A DNA stretch of 64,000 nucleotides from Phocaeicola sp. (GCA_045121515.1 JBGVGD010000021.1:21955-85954), one strand, 5' to 3'; positions 19,141 through 30,191 are shown, numbered from the stretch's first letter. The notes: generated by a model from the sequence alone, not told the origin. Translations and numbers: made by a program.

Positions 19141-19710
19141 TTAGTGACAATGGCCACAGCCTTCGCCACATCCGTCACCACAATCGCTTCCACAGTCGCC
19201 ACCGCAACAACCGCATCCGCATTCTCCGCTAAGCATATTTAATGTGCTTTGGATTTCTTCGTTTGTAGCCGGACGTGAAGTTACCACTTGGCCGATGAAA
19301 GTCAAATCCTTGCCAGCGTGTGGGTGGTTCAAGTCTACAGTTACAGTTGTGTCTGTGATTTCTCCCACTGTTGCGTAGAAATGATGACCTTCATTATCTT
19401 GCAAAGGAACGATGCTACCTGTGAAAATACGTTCGCTGTCAAAAACACCGTCAATAGTGAACATGTCCTTTGATACAGTACGAACACCTTCTGGCATATA
19501 TTCGCCATAAGCTTCTGCACATGGGATTACAAATTCAAACTTATCGCCTTCGTTTAACGGAGTGATTTCATTTTCGAAACGCTCAAGAGCAGTGCCTAAT
19601 CCAGAAATGAATTGGAACGGATGTTCTACAGTTGCTTCTTCTACCAACTCAGGCTTGCCTGCTTCCATGACATACAATTTGTATGCTACGGTAATGTACT
19701 TATTTTCCAT
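19141..19710 (-). CDS. slyD: SlyD-type FKBP peptidyl-prolyl isomerase with Cys/His-rich tail
   Basis: PFQFISGLG, VDLNHPHAGKDLTF; tail GECGCGCCGGDCGSDCGDGCGEGCGHCH. Confidence 0.88.
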   Translation of the reverse strand: MENKYITVAYKLYVMEAGKPELVEEATVEHPFQFISGLGTALERFENEITPLNEGDKFEFVIPCAEAYGEYMPEGVRTVSKDMFTIDGVFDSERIFTGSIVPLQDNEGHHFYATVGEITDTTVTVDLNHPHAGKDLTFIGQVVTSRPATNEEIQSTLNMLSGECGCGCCGGDCGSDCGDGCGEGCGHCH

Positions 19711-19894
19711 TGTTTATTAAATTATAAATATTGTTTTCGTGCCGCAAAGATACGCATAAAATATGATTCTTCCTAAGGTTCTATAAAGTGGAATGAAAAC
19801 TTATATTCTGTTTGTTAAAACTAGAATTTTCTTACATATGAATATTTGAATGAAAAAAAAGTGTTATTTTGTTTGTGTATTAAGAAAAACAATA

Positions 19895-19902
19895 TACCTT
19901 TG
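19895..19902 (+). promoter_or_regulatory. ilv operon -7 promoter box
   Basis: TACCTTTG, with TTTG about 20 bp upstream. Confidence 0.7.
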
Positions 19903-19928
19903 CGCTCATAGATTAATAAAGAGAGAAT

Positions 19929-20021
19929 ATGAGTATTACTAATTTGATTAACCTAGCAGTTTTGCAAGTTATTCGCGTCGTGGTGGTCACATCAAGAGGT
20001 GAGAAAGGTTACATGTGTTAG
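19929..20021 (+). CDS. ilv leader peptide (30 aa, rich in Ile/Leu/Val)
   Basis: MSITNLINLAVLQVIRVVVVTSRGEKGYMC*: 12 branched-chain residues in positions 3-20, including VVVV; absent from the ORF track. Confidence 0.8.
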   Translation: MSITNLINLAVLQVIRVVVVTSRGEKGYMC

Positions 20022-20079
20022 TAATTTATGAAGAATGTTATTAGTAAGCCTTTCTCAATTTATTGAGGAGGGCTTTTTT
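20001..20079 (+). terminator. Attenuator: antiterminator arm plus terminator
   Basis: Terminator AAGCCTTTCTCAAT-TT-ATTGAGGAGGGCTT-TTTT (20046-20079); GAGAAAGGT (20001-20009) is complementary to the terminator 5' arm GCCTTTCTC. Confidence 0.8.
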
Positions 20080-20104
20080 CTTGAATTGTAAATAGATTGT
20101 AAAT

Positions 20105-21910
20105 ATGAAAATACAGTTGCGTAGTTCGTTCAGTACCCAAGGACGCCGTATGGCTGGAGCACGTGCATTATGGGTAGCCAATGGAATGAAGAAAGAAATG
20201 ATTGGTAAACCTATCGTTGCTATCGTAAATTCATTTACTCAGTTTGTGCCGGGACATACGCATTTGCATGAGATTGGTCAACAAGTAAAAGCAGAGATTG
20301 AGAAACTTGGCTGTTTTGCTGCAGAGTTCAATACGATTGCTGTGGATGATGGAATTGCGATGGGACATGATGGTATGCTTTATTCTTTGCCAAGCCGTGA
20401 TATTATAGCCGACAGTGTAGAGTATATGGTAAATGCGCATAAGGCAGATGCCATGGTCTGTATCAGTAATTGCGATAAGATTACTCCGGGTATGTTGATG
20501 GCAGCTATGCGTCTGAATATTCCAACTGTATTTGTATCGGGAGGTCCAATGGAGGCCGGAGAATGGAATGGTCAGCATTTGGACTTGATTGATGCCATGA
20601 TTAAGAGTGCAGATGCCTCGGTGAGCGATGAGGAAGTGGCTCAGATTGAAAATCATGCGTGTCCTGGTTGTGGATGTTGTTCGGGTATGTTTACTGCAAA
20701 TTCCATGAATTGTTTGAATGAAGCGCTTGGTATGGCTCTTCCTGGTAATGGGACCATTCTAGCTACCCATGTCAATCGTGCCCAATTGTTTAAGGATGCT
20801 GCGGCTCTGATTGTCAAGAATGCCTATAAATATTATGAAGAAGGAGACGAAAGCGTATTACCTAAAAGCATTGCGACTCGTGAAGCCTTTTTGAATGCCA
20901 TGACGTTGGATATTGCTATGGGTGGTTCTACCAATACTGTTTTGCATTTGTTGGCTATCGCTCATGAAGCAGAAGTAAACTTTACAATGGACGACATTGA
21001 TCTGTTGTCTCGTCGGGTTCCATGCCTTTGTAAGGTAGCACCGAATACACAGAAATATCATATCCAGGATGTGAATCGTGCCGGTGGTATTCTTAATATT
21101 TTGGCAGAACTCTCAAAAGGCGGATTGTTGGATACATCGGTAGGTCGTGTAGATGGCATGACTTTAGCAGAAGCGATTGCTAAATACAATATAAATAAGG
21201 TAGAAGAGGCTGATGCTGATGCATGGCGTATCTACACCAGTGCGCCTGCCAATAAATTCAATATCCAACTTGGTTCACAAAACACTTATTATCAAGCATT
21301 GGATACTGACCGGTCGAATGGTTGTATCCGTGACCTAGAACATGCTTATAGCAAGGATGGCGGACTGGCTGTGTTGAAAGGAAACATTGCTCAAGACGGT
21401 TGTGTGGTTAAGACTGCTGGTGTGGATGAAAGCATATGGAAATTTTCTGGGCCGGCTAAGGTCTTTGATTCACAAGAAGCGGCATGCGATGGCATTTTAG
21501 GTGGTAAGGTTGTAAGTGGTGACGTAGTAGTCATTACCCACGAAGGACCGAAGGGTGGACCGGGTATGCAAGAAATGTTGTATCCTACATCATATATAAA
21601 GAGTAAGCATTTAGGTAAGGAATGTGCTTTGATTACAGATGGACGATTTTCGGGTGGTACATCTGGATTGAGCATCGGACACATTTCGCCAGAAGCTGCA
21701 GCCGGTGGAAATATTGGAAAGATTGTGGATGGAGACATCATTGAAATTGATATTCCTAACCGAAGCATCAATGTGAAACTGAGCGATGAAGAACTGAATA
21801 ATCGTCCGATGACTCCGGTCACTCGTAATCGTGTGGTAAGCAAGAGTTTGCGCGCTTATGCCAGCATGGTAAGTTCGGCAGACAAAGGCGGAGTACGAAT
21901 CATTGATTAA
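20105..21910 (+). CDS. ilvD: Dihydroxy-acid dehydratase
   Basis: [29 protein letters not shown] and TDGRFSGG motifs. Confidence 0.98.
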   Translation: MKIQLRSSFSTQGRRMAGARALWVANGMKKEMIGKPIVAIVNSFTQFVPGHTHLHEIGQQVKAEIEKLGCFAAEFNTIAVDDGIAMGHDGMLYSLPSRDIIADSVEYMVNAHKADAMVCISNCDKITPGMLMAAMRLNIPTVFVSGGPMEAGEWNGQHLDLIDAMIKSADASVSDEEVAQIENHACPGCGCCSGMFTANSMNCLNEALGMALPGNGTILATHVNRAQLFKDAAALIVKNAYKYYEEGDESVLPKSIATREAFLNAMTLDIAMGGSTNTVLHLLAIAHEAEVNFTMDDIDLLSRRVPCLCKVAPNTQKYHIQDVNRAGGILNILAELSKGGLLDTSVGRVDGMTLAEAIAKYNINKVEEADADAWRIYTSAPANKFNIQLGSQNTYYQALDTDRSNGCIRDLEHAYSKDGGLAVLKGNIAQDGCVVKTAGVDESIWKFSGPAKVFDSQEAACDGILGGKVVSGDVVVITHEGPKGGPGMQEMLYPTSYIKSKHLGKECALITDGRFSGGTSGLSIGHISPEAAAGGNIGKIVDGDIIEIDIPNRSINVKLSDEELNNRPMTPVTRNRVVSKSLRAYASMVSSADKGGVRIID

Positions 21911-21918
21911 GGGAAATT

Positions 21919-23616
21919 ATGGAAAAACAAAGAATAACTGGAGCGGAAGCGATGATGCGTTCCTTGGAGTACCAGGGAGTGAAAACCTTGTTTGGTTATC
22001 CTGGTGGTAGCATCATGCCGACTTTCGATGCATTATATGGTCATCGTGACAAATTGAATCATATTTTGGTGCGTCACGAACAAGGTGCTGCGCATGCTGC
22101 ACAAGGTTTTGCCCGTTCATCGGGTGAAGTCGGGGTCTGTTTGGTAACTAGTGGTCCGGGTGTGACTAATACGATTACTGGTATTGCAGATGCTATGATC
22201 GATAGCACACCGATTGTGGTGATTGCTGGTCAGACACCTACCTCTTTGTTGGGTACGGATGCGTTTCAGGAAGTCGATTTGGTAGGTATCACCCAACCAA
22301 TCTCGAAGTGGAGTTATCAGATCCGTTCGGCCAAGGATGTGGCTTGGGCAGTAGCACGTGCTTTTTATATTGCCAAGAGTGGTCGTCCAGGGCCTGTTGT
22401 GCTTGACTTTACCAAGAACGCACAGACCGAAATGGTAGATTATGAACCGATGAAGGTGGACTTCATTCGTAGTTACGATCCGATTCCAGATACTGATCGT
22501 GTGGAACTTCAACATGCTGCCGATTTAATCAATAACGCTGAACGCCCATTTGTGTTAGTAGGTCAGGGAGTAGAGTTAGGAAATGCACAGGAAGAACTTC
22601 GCTCTTTCCTTGAAAAAGCGGATATTCCTTGTGGACGTACATTGCTCGGCCTTTCGGCTATCCCAACAGACCATCCTTTAAATAAAGGTATGCTCGGTAT
22701 GCATGGTAATCTCGCTCCGAACGTCAAGACGAATGAATGTGATGTACTCATTGCGGTGGGTATGCGTTTCGATGACCGTGTAACAGGTAATCTTGAAACT
22801 TATGCTCGTCAGGCAAAGATTATCCACATGGATATTGATCCGTCTGAAATCAATAAGAACGTGAAGGTGGATGTGCCTGTCCTTGGCGATTGCAAGGAGA
22901 CTTTGGCAGAACTTACCAAACTTGTGCGTGAAGCGAAGCATACTGATTGGATTGCTAGTTTTGATGAACATGAAAAGACGGAATTTGAAAATGTCATAGC
23001 AAAAGAACTTTTTCCGGAGGAAGGTCCGTTGAATATGGGTGAGGTGGTGCGTGCCGTTAGCGAAGCAACTAATCATGAAGCGATATTGGTAACGGATGTC
23101 GGTCAGAATCAGATGATGGCTGCCCGTTATTTTAAATATACTCAAAAACGTAGTATCATAACCTCTGGTGGATTGGGTACGATGGGATTTGGTTTGCCTG
23201 CCGCTATCGGTGCTACTTTTGGTTGTCCGGATCGTACGGTTTGTGTGTTTATGGGCGATGGCGGTTTGCAGATGAACTTACAAGAATTGGGTACAATTAT
23301 GGAACAGCAAGCTCCTGTGAAGATGATCTTAATGAACAACAATTACCTTGGTAATGTACGTCAATGGCAAGCCATGTTCTTTGGAGGTCGATATTCGTTT
23401 ACCCCAATGGTGAATCCTGATTATATGCAGATTGCTAAGGCTTATGGTATTCCGTCACGCCGTGTAATTAATCGTGAGGATTTGGCAGATGCCATTCAGG
23501 AAATGCTTGCAGCTGATGGTCCGTTCTTGTTGGAAACATGTGTCATTGAAGAAGGTAACGTGTTGCCGATGACCCCTCCGGGAGGAACGGTGAATGAAAT
23601 GTTGTTGGAATGTTAA
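21919..23616 (+). CDS. ilvB: Acetolactate synthase large subunit
   Basis: FGYPGG, RHEQGA, TSGPG and TPP motif GDGGLQM...NN. Confidence 0.97.
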   Translation: MEKQRITGAEAMMRSLEYQGVKTLFGYPGGSIMPTFDALYGHRDKLNHILVRHEQGAAHAAQGFARSSGEVGVCLVTSGPGVTNTITGIADAMIDSTPIVVIAGQTPTSLLGTDAFQEVDLVGITQPISKWSYQIRSAKDVAWAVARAFYIAKSGRPGPVVLDFTKNAQTEMVDYEPMKVDFIRSYDPIPDTDRVELQHAADLINNAERPFVLVGQGVELGNAQEELRSFLEKADIPCGRTLLGLSAIPTDHPLNKGMLGMHGNLAPNVKTNECDVLIAVGMRFDDRVTGNLETYARQAKIIHMDIDPSEINKNVKVDVPVLGDCKETLAELTKLVREAKHTDWIASFDEHEKTEFENVIAKELFPEEGPLNMGEVVRAVSEATNHEAILVTDVGQNQMMAARYFKYTQKRSIITSGGLGTMGFGLPAAIGATFGCPDRTVCVFMGDGGLQMNLQELGTIMEQQAPVKMILMNNNYLGNVRQWQAMFFGGRYSFTPMVNPDYMQIAKAYGIPSRRVINREDLADAIQEMLAADGPFLLETCVIEEGNVLPMTPPGGTVNEMLLEC

Positions 23617-23627
23617 TTGACGGGATT

Positions 23628-24191
23628 ATGAATAAGAAACTATATACGATAATTGTACATTCGGAAAACATAGCTGGTTTGCTGAATCAGGTAACGGCTG
23701 TGTTTACCCGCAGACAAATTAATATCGAGAGCTTGAATGTATCGGCTTCGTCTATTCAGGGAATCCACAAATATACCATTACCTCATGGACCGACGAGGA
23801 AACGATAGAGAAGGTGGTGAAACAGATTGAGAAAAAAATAGATGTGCTTCAGGCTAACTATTTTGTAGATGAGGAAATTTATCAGCATGAGATAGCATTG
23901 TATAAGCTTTCTACTCCAGAGTTCCAGAACGATCCAATGGGTTCTAAGGTGATCCGCCGACATAATGCTCGTATTGTGGAAGTGAACCCTGTTTACTCGA
24001 TTGTGGAAAAAAATGGCATGAGTGAAGATATAACTGGGCTTTACGAAGAATTGAGTGCGTTGGGCTGTGTACTTCAGTTTGTCCGTTCCGGCCGTGTAGC
24101 TATAACCAAGAGTAATTTTGAGCGTGTGAATGAATACCTCGATTATCGCGAGGAAAAGTATAGAAAACAGAAGCAGGAAGGCCATGAGTAA
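23628..24191 (+). CDS. ilvN: Acetolactate synthase small subunit
   Basis: ACT domain (ENIAGLLNQVTAVFTRRQINIESL); VRSGRVAI. Confidence 0.93.
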   Translation: MNKKLYTIIVHSENIAGLLNQVTAVFTRRQINIESLNVSASSIQGIHKYTITSWTDEETIEKVVKQIEKKIDVLQANYFVDEEIYQHEIALYKLSTPEFQNDPMGSKVIRRHNARIVEVNPVYSIVEKNGMSEDITGLYEELSALGCVLQFVRSGRVAITKSNFERVNEYLDYREEKYRKQKQEGHE

Positions 24192-24924
24192 TAGTCAAGT
24201 TGGAACATACAAGTTCGAAGCATTTCCTTTTCATTTGGATGTTAGGGGTAAACTTTCCATGGGTGAATTGGGTAAGCACTTGTTGAATTGTGCGGATGCC
24301 TATGCAGCCGAAAGAGGCTTTGATGTCGTTGAACAGGGAGGAGAACATTATACATGGGTGCTTTCTCGTTTGGCTATTGAATTGGAAGATTTGCCTTCTT
24401 GCCATGAAGATTTCAGTATTCAGACATGGGTGGAGAATGTGTATCGTCTTTTTGCTGACCGTAATTTCGTCATCTGTAATAAGGATGAAAAGCCTATTGG
24501 TTATGTTCGTTCTGTTTGGGCCATGATTAGTATGGAAACCCGTAATCCGGCTAATTTGTTGGACTTACATGGAGATCGAATTACGAATAGCATTTGCGAA
24601 AAGGAATGTCCTATAGCCAAGCCAGGGCGTATTAAGGTGTCTCAACAAGAAGCAGTGAGCGAATACGTGTCTAAATACAGTGACTTGGATATTAATGGTC
24701 ATGTCAATAGTATTAAATATATTGAACACATTCTGGATATCTTCCCATTGGATACCTATAAGAAAAAGGTTTTGAAACGATTTGAGATAGCCTATTTGGC
24801 AGAAAGTTACTATGGCGATGCTCTCAGTTTCTATGTGGAAGAAAAGAACGAAAACGAATACGATGTAGAAATAAAAAAGAATAACCAGGAGGTGGTTGTT
24901 CGTACTAAAGTGATATTTAAGTAA
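24184..24924 (+). CDS. Acyl-ACP thioesterase family protein
   Basis: WVLSRLAIE and SDLDINGHVNSIKY motifs; ATG at 24184 overlaps the ilvN end. Confidence 0.88.
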   Translation: MSNSQVGTYKFEAFPFHLDVRGKLSMGELGKHLLNCADAYAAERGFDVVEQGGEHYTWVLSRLAIELEDLPSCHEDFSIQTWVENVYRLFADRNFVICNKDEKPIGYVRSVWAMISMETRNPANLLDLHGDRITNSICEKECPIAKPGRIKVSQQEAVSEYVSKYSDLDINGHVNSIKYIEHILDIFPLDTYKKKVLKRFEIAYLAESYYGDALSFYVEEKNENEYDVEIKKNNQEVVVRTKVIFK

Positions 24925-24959
24925 GAAATAATATTCAATAATAAAAGAAATAAGAAATT

Positions 24960-26003
24960 ATGGCACAAATGAATTTTGGCGGTGTCATCGAGAATGTAAT
25001 GACCCGCGAAGAGTTTCCATTGGAAAAAGCTCGTGAGATTTTGAAAGATGAAACCATTGCTGTTATCGGTTATGGTGTACAAGGTCCAGGTCAGTCATTG
25101 AATCTTCGCGACAACGGATTCAATGTAATCGTTGGTCAGCGTCCGGGTAAGACTTACGAAAAGGCTATATCAGATGGTTGGGTACCGGGTGAAACTCTTT
25201 TCGGTATCGAAGAGGCTTGTGAAAAGGCTACTATCGTAATGTGTTTGTTGAGCGATGCTGCTGTCATGAGTGTGTGGCCAACTATCAAGCCATATTTGAC
25301 TCCGGGTAAGGCATTGTATTTCTCACACGGTTTTGCTATTACTTGGAATGACCGTACAGGTGTGGTTCCTCCAACAGATATCGACGTAATCATGGTAGCT
25401 CCAAAGGGTTCTGGTACATCACTTCGTACTATGTTCCTCGAAGGTCGTGGCTTGAACTCATCATACGCAATTTATCAGGACGCTACAGGTAAGGCTTGGG
25501 AAAAGACGATTGCTTTGGGTATCGGTATTGGTTCGGGTTACTTGTTCGAAACGACTTTCATCCGCGAGGCTACTTCAGACTTGACAGGTGAACGTGGTTC
25601 GTTGATGGGAGCTATCCAAGGCTTGCTTTTGGCTCAGTACGAAGTGTTGCGTGAAAATGGTCATACTCCATCCGAAGCATTCAATGAAACCGTAGAAGAA
25701 TTGACTCAATCGTTGATGCCTTTGTTTGCAAAGAACGGTATGGACTGGATGTATGCCAACTGTTCTACTACAGCTCAGCGTGGTGCTCTTGATTGGATGG
25801 GTCCATTCCACGATGCTATCAAGCCAGTAGTAGAAAAGCTTTACGCTAATGTGAAGTGCGGTAACGAAGCGCAAATTTCTATCGATAGCAACTCGAAGCC
25901 AGACTATCGTGAAAAGTTGGAAGAAGAATTGAAGGCTCTCCGCGAAAGCGAAATGTGGCAGACAGCCGTAACTGTTCGTCAGCTTCGTCCTGAAAATAAT
26001 TAA
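24960..26003 (+). CDS. ilvC: Ketol-acid reductoisomerase
   Basis: IGYGVQGPGQ, FSHGF, MVAPKG and SDLTGERG motifs. Confidence 0.97.
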   Translation: MAQMNFGGVIENVMTREEFPLEKAREILKDETIAVIGYGVQGPGQSLNLRDNGFNVIVGQRPGKTYEKAISDGWVPGETLFGIEEACEKATIVMCLLSDAAVMSVWPTIKPYLTPGKALYFSHGFAITWNDRTGVVPPTDIDVIMVAPKGSGTSLRTMFLEGRGLNSSYAIYQDATGKAWEKTIALGIGIGSGYLFETTFIREATSDLTGERGSLMGAIQGLLLAQYEVLRENGHTPSEAFNETVEELTQSLMPLFAKNGMDWMYANCSTTAQRGALDWMGPFHDAIKPVVEKLYANVKCGNEAQISIDSNSKPDYREKLEEELKALRESEMWQTAVTVRQLRPENN

Positions 26004-26075
26004 TTGAAAGTTTAATTTCATAATGTCATTCAGAGGTATGTATTCCCCTGGATGACATTTTTATGTTTGATAAAT

Positions 26076-26600
26076 ATGGAAACAAATTTCTTGGAAATTA
26101 TCCGTACTCGCAGAAGTTATCGGGCTTATAAGCCGGAACAAATTACGGATGAACAGTTGAATGCCGTTTTGGAAGCCGGTACATACGCGCCTACTTCCAG
26201 AGGCTTGCAATCGCCTTTCATTGTTGCTGTTCAAAATGAAGATTTAAAGCTTCGTTTGGCAAAGATGAATGCGGAGATCATGGGAGTTACTACCAATCCG
26301 TATTACGATGCTCCTACATACGTATTAGTGTTTGTTCCTGCTGATGCTCCGAATGGCATTCAAGATGCCAGTTTGGTTTTGGAGAATATGATGCTTGCTG
26401 CTCATGCTCAAGGCTTAGGAAGTTGCTGGATACATCGTGAGCGTGAGATGTTCGCTACTGAAGAAGGGAAGGAGTTGATGAAGCAATGGGGGTTACCTGA
26501 AGGCTTGATAGGCATAGGTGCTTTGGCATTGGGCTATCCAGAGGGCGAACCTTCTCCAGCAAAGCCTCGTAAGGAAGGGTATACACGGATTATTCGCTAG
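26076..26600 (+). CDS. Nitroreductase-family protein
   Basis: RTRRSYRAY, YAPTSRG and GLGSCWI motifs. Confidence 0.88.
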   Translation: METNFLEIIRTRRSYRAYKPEQITDEQLNAVLEAGTYAPTSRGLQSPFIVAVQNEDLKLRLAKMNAEIMGVTTNPYYDAPTYVLVFVPADAPNGIQDASLVLENMMLAAHAQGLGSCWIHREREMFATEEGKELMKQWGLPEGLIGIGALALGYPEGEPSPAKPRKEGYTRIIR

Positions 26601-26615
26601 TAGATGAATGACTAT

Positions 26616-26649
26616 AAAAAAAGCTGAACCAATTGGTTCAGCTTTTTTT
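26616..26649. terminator. Bidirectional terminator
   Basis: AAAAAAAGCTGAACC-AATT-GGTTCAGCTTTTTTT. Confidence 0.85.
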
Positions 26650-26675
26650 ATAGGATAGATGTTTGTTTCTAATTA

Positions 26676-28811
26676 TTAGAAGTACAAGTAACGGTCATCC
26701 TTTACGTTAGCCTTTTCATACAAGTCATTGATGAAGCTGCTAGCGAAACGAGCTGACATAGTAGCCAAAGTAGTTTCTTCGTTCTTAGCGTTGAATTCTT
26801 CAGCGTTGTTTTCCTTGTTGATTACTTGCATAACATATACTGCTGCATTACCCTTAACCGGAGCAGTAGCCTTGTTCAATTCGCTCTTGCTTGCGATAGC
26901 ACCCAAAACAGGTTCGCTGGCACGAGTTACACCTACATAAGTAGGAGCACCGAATGTGATGTGCTTGATAGTGTCGCTTACTGCATTAGCCATACCCTTT
27001 ACTTGTTCAAGGCTAGCACCATTCATTTGAGCCAAGATCTTTTCAGCCTTCTTGTCGCGGAGGATTTCCATTCTCAACATATCAGCAACAGTGTTGATGT
27101 TGCGGTAACCTACCGGGTTGATCTTTTCCAAAGCAACTACCATCATGTGGTCGTTTTCGCCACATTCGTACAATGGAGAAACTTCACCTTCGTTAGCTTC
27201 GAAAATCCACTTCAATGCTTCGCGAGTGTTCTTAACACCACCTACATAGTGTTCGTTGTTACGGAAGTCAGCACGTTCCAACAAACGGTAACCGCTTTCT
27301 TCTGCGTTTTCAACCAACTTGTCCAATGTAGTGTTCTGAGCAACGAACTGGCTGAAGTCGTTGTATGCCTTGTTATAAGTTTCCTTGCTGAATTCTACCG
27401 GACGCTTGATAACAGCAATCTGATACTTATCCTTGATAGCCTTCTTGTCCAATACTTGAAGGATTACATTTACTTGACCCAATTCAAGGTTTACGAATTC
27501 TTTCTTGTTACCATTGATCAAAGCCTTGATGTACTTAGCGTTGTCTGCATCGAGAGCAGCACCTTCATAGCTAGGAGCAGTCAACCAAGTGCTTTCACCA
27601 GTCTGGCCATAAACCTGAGCAATTTCTGCAAAGTCAGCACCACCCGTCAAAGCTGTATAGATACTGTCTGCCAAAGTCTTTGTCTTTTCAGCAGTTTCTG
27701 CGTAAACTTGGATTTGACGGAATTGAACAGAGTCAGCAAGAGCTTCCTTCTTCAATACTTGCATTGCGTTGTAAGAATCGTCAGCAGCATTGTAATAAGG
27801 ACCGTAAACTTCGCCTACCTTTACAGAGTCGATGCGTGTAGCGATATCGCTTGGATATACAGCCTTGTTGATAGCTACTTCAGTAAATGGAATAACTGAA
27901 CCTGTAGAACGGATGAAAGCAGCCATTTCTGTTGCATCCTTCAACTGGTTAGCATATTCAGTAACTTCGTTCAACAATTCTGCGCGGTCTGCTTCAGATG
28001 GAGTTACCAATACATCGATGTACTTGATGTTACGAGTTTCCATCAATTGCTTGTATGCTTCCTTCTTTTGGTTGTAAAGCGCCTTGATTTCTTCGTTGCT
28101 AACAGTGATAGTAGTATCGTTTACTGAAGAATATGGGATAGCAGCCAACAAAACATCTGCTTGTTGTGTGCGGCTTGCGAAAGCGTCTTCTGCAGAAACT
28201 GGATTAGAAATCAATGATTTTGCAATCAAGCTTTGGTACTTTTCAGCCAACAATGACTGCTTCAATGTCTTTTCGATGAAGTTCCAGAAAGCACCCATCT
28301 GCTGATAGTATTCTACATACTGAGCAGGAAGTTGGTTGGCAGTAGAACCCAAGTTAGAGTATTCTACCAAGAACTTCTTCAACATGTCCTTATCGAAAGC
28401 ACCCGTTTGTGGATTACGGAACGGAGTCTGCATCAACAATGGGTGAACACCCTGTTCGATTACATCCTGAATTTCAGCATCGCTAACCTTCAACCCCAAC
28501 TTTTCAGCTTCAGTTTCAATCAACTTATTGTTGATGTATGATTGCCATACTTGATCCTTAACTTGTGTAAGTTGGTCATCGTTCAAAGCAGATGTACCTT
28601 GAGTCATCTTGATGACTTCTGTGTATTCATCTACCAATGCCTGATAATCTTGAGCAGAGATTGTTTCTCCGTTTACTTCTCCAATGTCTTGGCGGCCCTG
28701 ATGCGGTTGGATAGCTTTCCAAGCGTCACCTGCAACGAATGCAAAAAGAGCAAGACCAATGACGGCGACCAAAAGTGGTCCTCTGTTTCTGATTTTTTGT
28801 AATGTTGCCAT
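26676..28811 (-). CDS. PpiD-like membrane-anchored SurA/parvulin chaperone
   Basis: MATLQKIR plus TM, SurA-N-like region, rotamase motif (GADFAEIAQVY). Confidence 0.85.
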   Translation of the reverse strand: MATLQKIRNRGPLLVAVIGLALFAFVAGDAWKAIQPHQGRQDIGEVNGETISAQDYQALVDEYTEVIKMTQGTSALNDDQLTQVKDQVWQSYINNKLIETEAEKLGLKVSDAEIQDVIEQGVHPLLMQTPFRNPQTGAFDKDMLKKFLVEYSNLGSTANQLPAQYVEYYQQMGAFWNFIEKTLKQSLLAEKYQSLIAKSLISNPVSAEDAFASRTQQADVLLAAIPYSSVNDTTITVSNEEIKALYNQKKEAYKQLMETRNIKYIDVLVTPSEADRAELLNEVTEYANQLKDATEMAAFIRSTGSVIPFTEVAINKAVYPSDIATRIDSVKVGEVYGPYYNAADDSYNAMQVLKKEALADSVQFRQIQVYAETAEKTKTLADSIYTALTGGADFAEIAQVYGQTGESTWLTAPSYEGAALDADNAKYIKALINGNKKEFVNLELGQVNVILQVLDKKAIKDKYQIAVIKRPVEFSKETYNKAYNDFSQFVAQNTTLDKLVENAEESGYRLLERADFRNNEHYVGGVKNTREALKWIFEANEGEVSPLYECGENDHMMVVALEKINPVGYRNINTVADMLRMEILRDKKAEKILAQMNGASLEQVKGMANAVSDTIKHITFGAPTYVGVTRASEPVLGAIASKSELNKATAPVKGNAAVYVMQVINKENNAEEFNAKNEETTLATMSARFASSFINDLYEKANVKDDRYLYF

Positions 28812-28916
28812 TTAATTTATTGTTTTTTTGTTTATTGTTTTCTATACGTTTGCATTTTAGCGCACAAAAATACAAAAAATGAAATTGATAATCTATTTTA
28901 TTTTGAAAAAAAATAG

Positions 28917-30176
28917 TTATTCATTCACTTTTAGTTTGACCAATTCTATTTTTGTTGCTGTAACTTTGAGAATACGGAACTGAAAGTTTCCCAACGTTAT
29001 AATTTCATGAGCCTTTGGGAAACTTTGATATTCATGTAGTATAAGTCCTCCGATAGTTTGGTATTCATCGCTTTCCGGCAATTCCAAAGAGAACATTTCA
29101 TTGGCCTTTTCAATGTCCAGACGACCGGAAAGTACATATTCGTTGTTGCCTACCTCTTTTGCCACGTAGGATGTAGTATCGTGTTCGTCTTCGATTTCGC
29201 CAAAGATTTGTTCCACCAAATCCTCCAATGCAACGATACCAGAAGTACCACCGAATTCGTCCACGACTACCGCCAATGATTTTTTCTGTTGCATGAAAAT
29301 CTTCATGAGCTTGTTGGCGTTCATGGTTTCCGGTACAATCGGAAGTTGTCGGATGCATTGTTGCCAGTTCTCTGGTTCCCGGAACAGTTCCGATGAGTGG
29401 ATGTATCCGGTAATGTTGTCAATATTATCTTGGTAAACGATGATTTTACTGATACCCTTTTCAACGAAAAGCTCCATCAATTCTTCCATTGAGGCATCGT
29501 CTTCAATGGCAATGATTTCAGTTCTAGGAACCATACAGTCACGTATCTTGATGCTGGAAAAGTCCAAAGCATTCTGGAAAATCTTGACTTCGGTGTTAAT
29601 TTCTTCTTCGTTGGAAGAGTTCTCTATACTGCTTTGGATAAAATGGTCCAAATCCACTTTCGTGAATGCCTTTTCACTGGCTTCTTTGTTGATTTTAGTT
29701 CCAGTCAGGAGCAATAGAATACCGGATATGCCGGAAGCGAATTTGCTGATAGGGTAGAGCACTATGTAGCAAATGAATGTAGGGAGAGCAAATAAACTTA
29801 AAGTAAAGTTTGGGTTAATCTTGAACAGTGTTTTAGGAAGGAACTCTCCAGTAACTAAAATAATTAAGGTAGATATGATGGTTTGAGTAAGCACGAGCAG
29901 GAACTCATTGGTAATATATCCGGCCAATAAGTTCTGTTCGATTAATTCGGCCATTAAGATACCATAAATGACCAATGCGATGTTGTTTCCTACCAACATG
30001 GTAGAAATGAAGTTGTTGGGGTTATGATAAAAAATGGATAGGATACGGGACGTGATGCTTTGTTCGTTCCTGTCCATTTCAAAGCGTAGCTTGTTGGATG
30101 AAACAAAGGCTATTTCCATGCCGGAAAAATAGGCGGAAAAAGCCATTGTTATAAGGATCTGTATGATAATCTCCAT
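28917..30176 (-). CDS. CNNM/HlyC-CorC family transporter (DUF21, CBS pair, CorC)
   Basis: FSGMEIAF, GEFLPK and VVVDEFGGTSGIVALEDLVEQIFGEIEDEHD motifs. Confidence 0.92.
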   Translation of the reverse strand: MEIIIQILITMAFSAYFSGMEIAFVSSNKLRFEMDRNEQSITSRILSIFYHNPNNFISTMLVGNNIALVIYGILMAELIEQNLLAGYITNEFLLVLTQTIISTLIILVTGEFLPKTLFKINPNFTLSLFALPTFICYIVLYPISKFASGISGILLLLTGTKINKEASEKAFTKVDLDHFIQSSIENSSNEEEINTEVKIFQNALDFSSIKIRDCMVPRTEIIAIEDDASMEELMELFVEKGISKIIVYQDNIDNITGYIHSSELFREPENWQQCIRQLPIVPETMNANKLMKIFMQQKKSLAVVVDEFGGTSGIVALEDLVEQIFGEIEDEHDTTSYVAKEVGNNEYVLSGRLDIEKANEMFSLELPESDEYQTIGGLILHEYQSFPKAHEIITLGNFQFRILKVTATKIELVKLKVNE

Positions 30177-30191
30177 AATCTCTTAGAGTTT

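Noticed and set aside
19141-19230. Cys/Gly-rich repeat as a novel metal-binding module
   Set aside because: It is the known variable metal-binding tail of SlyD-type isomerases.
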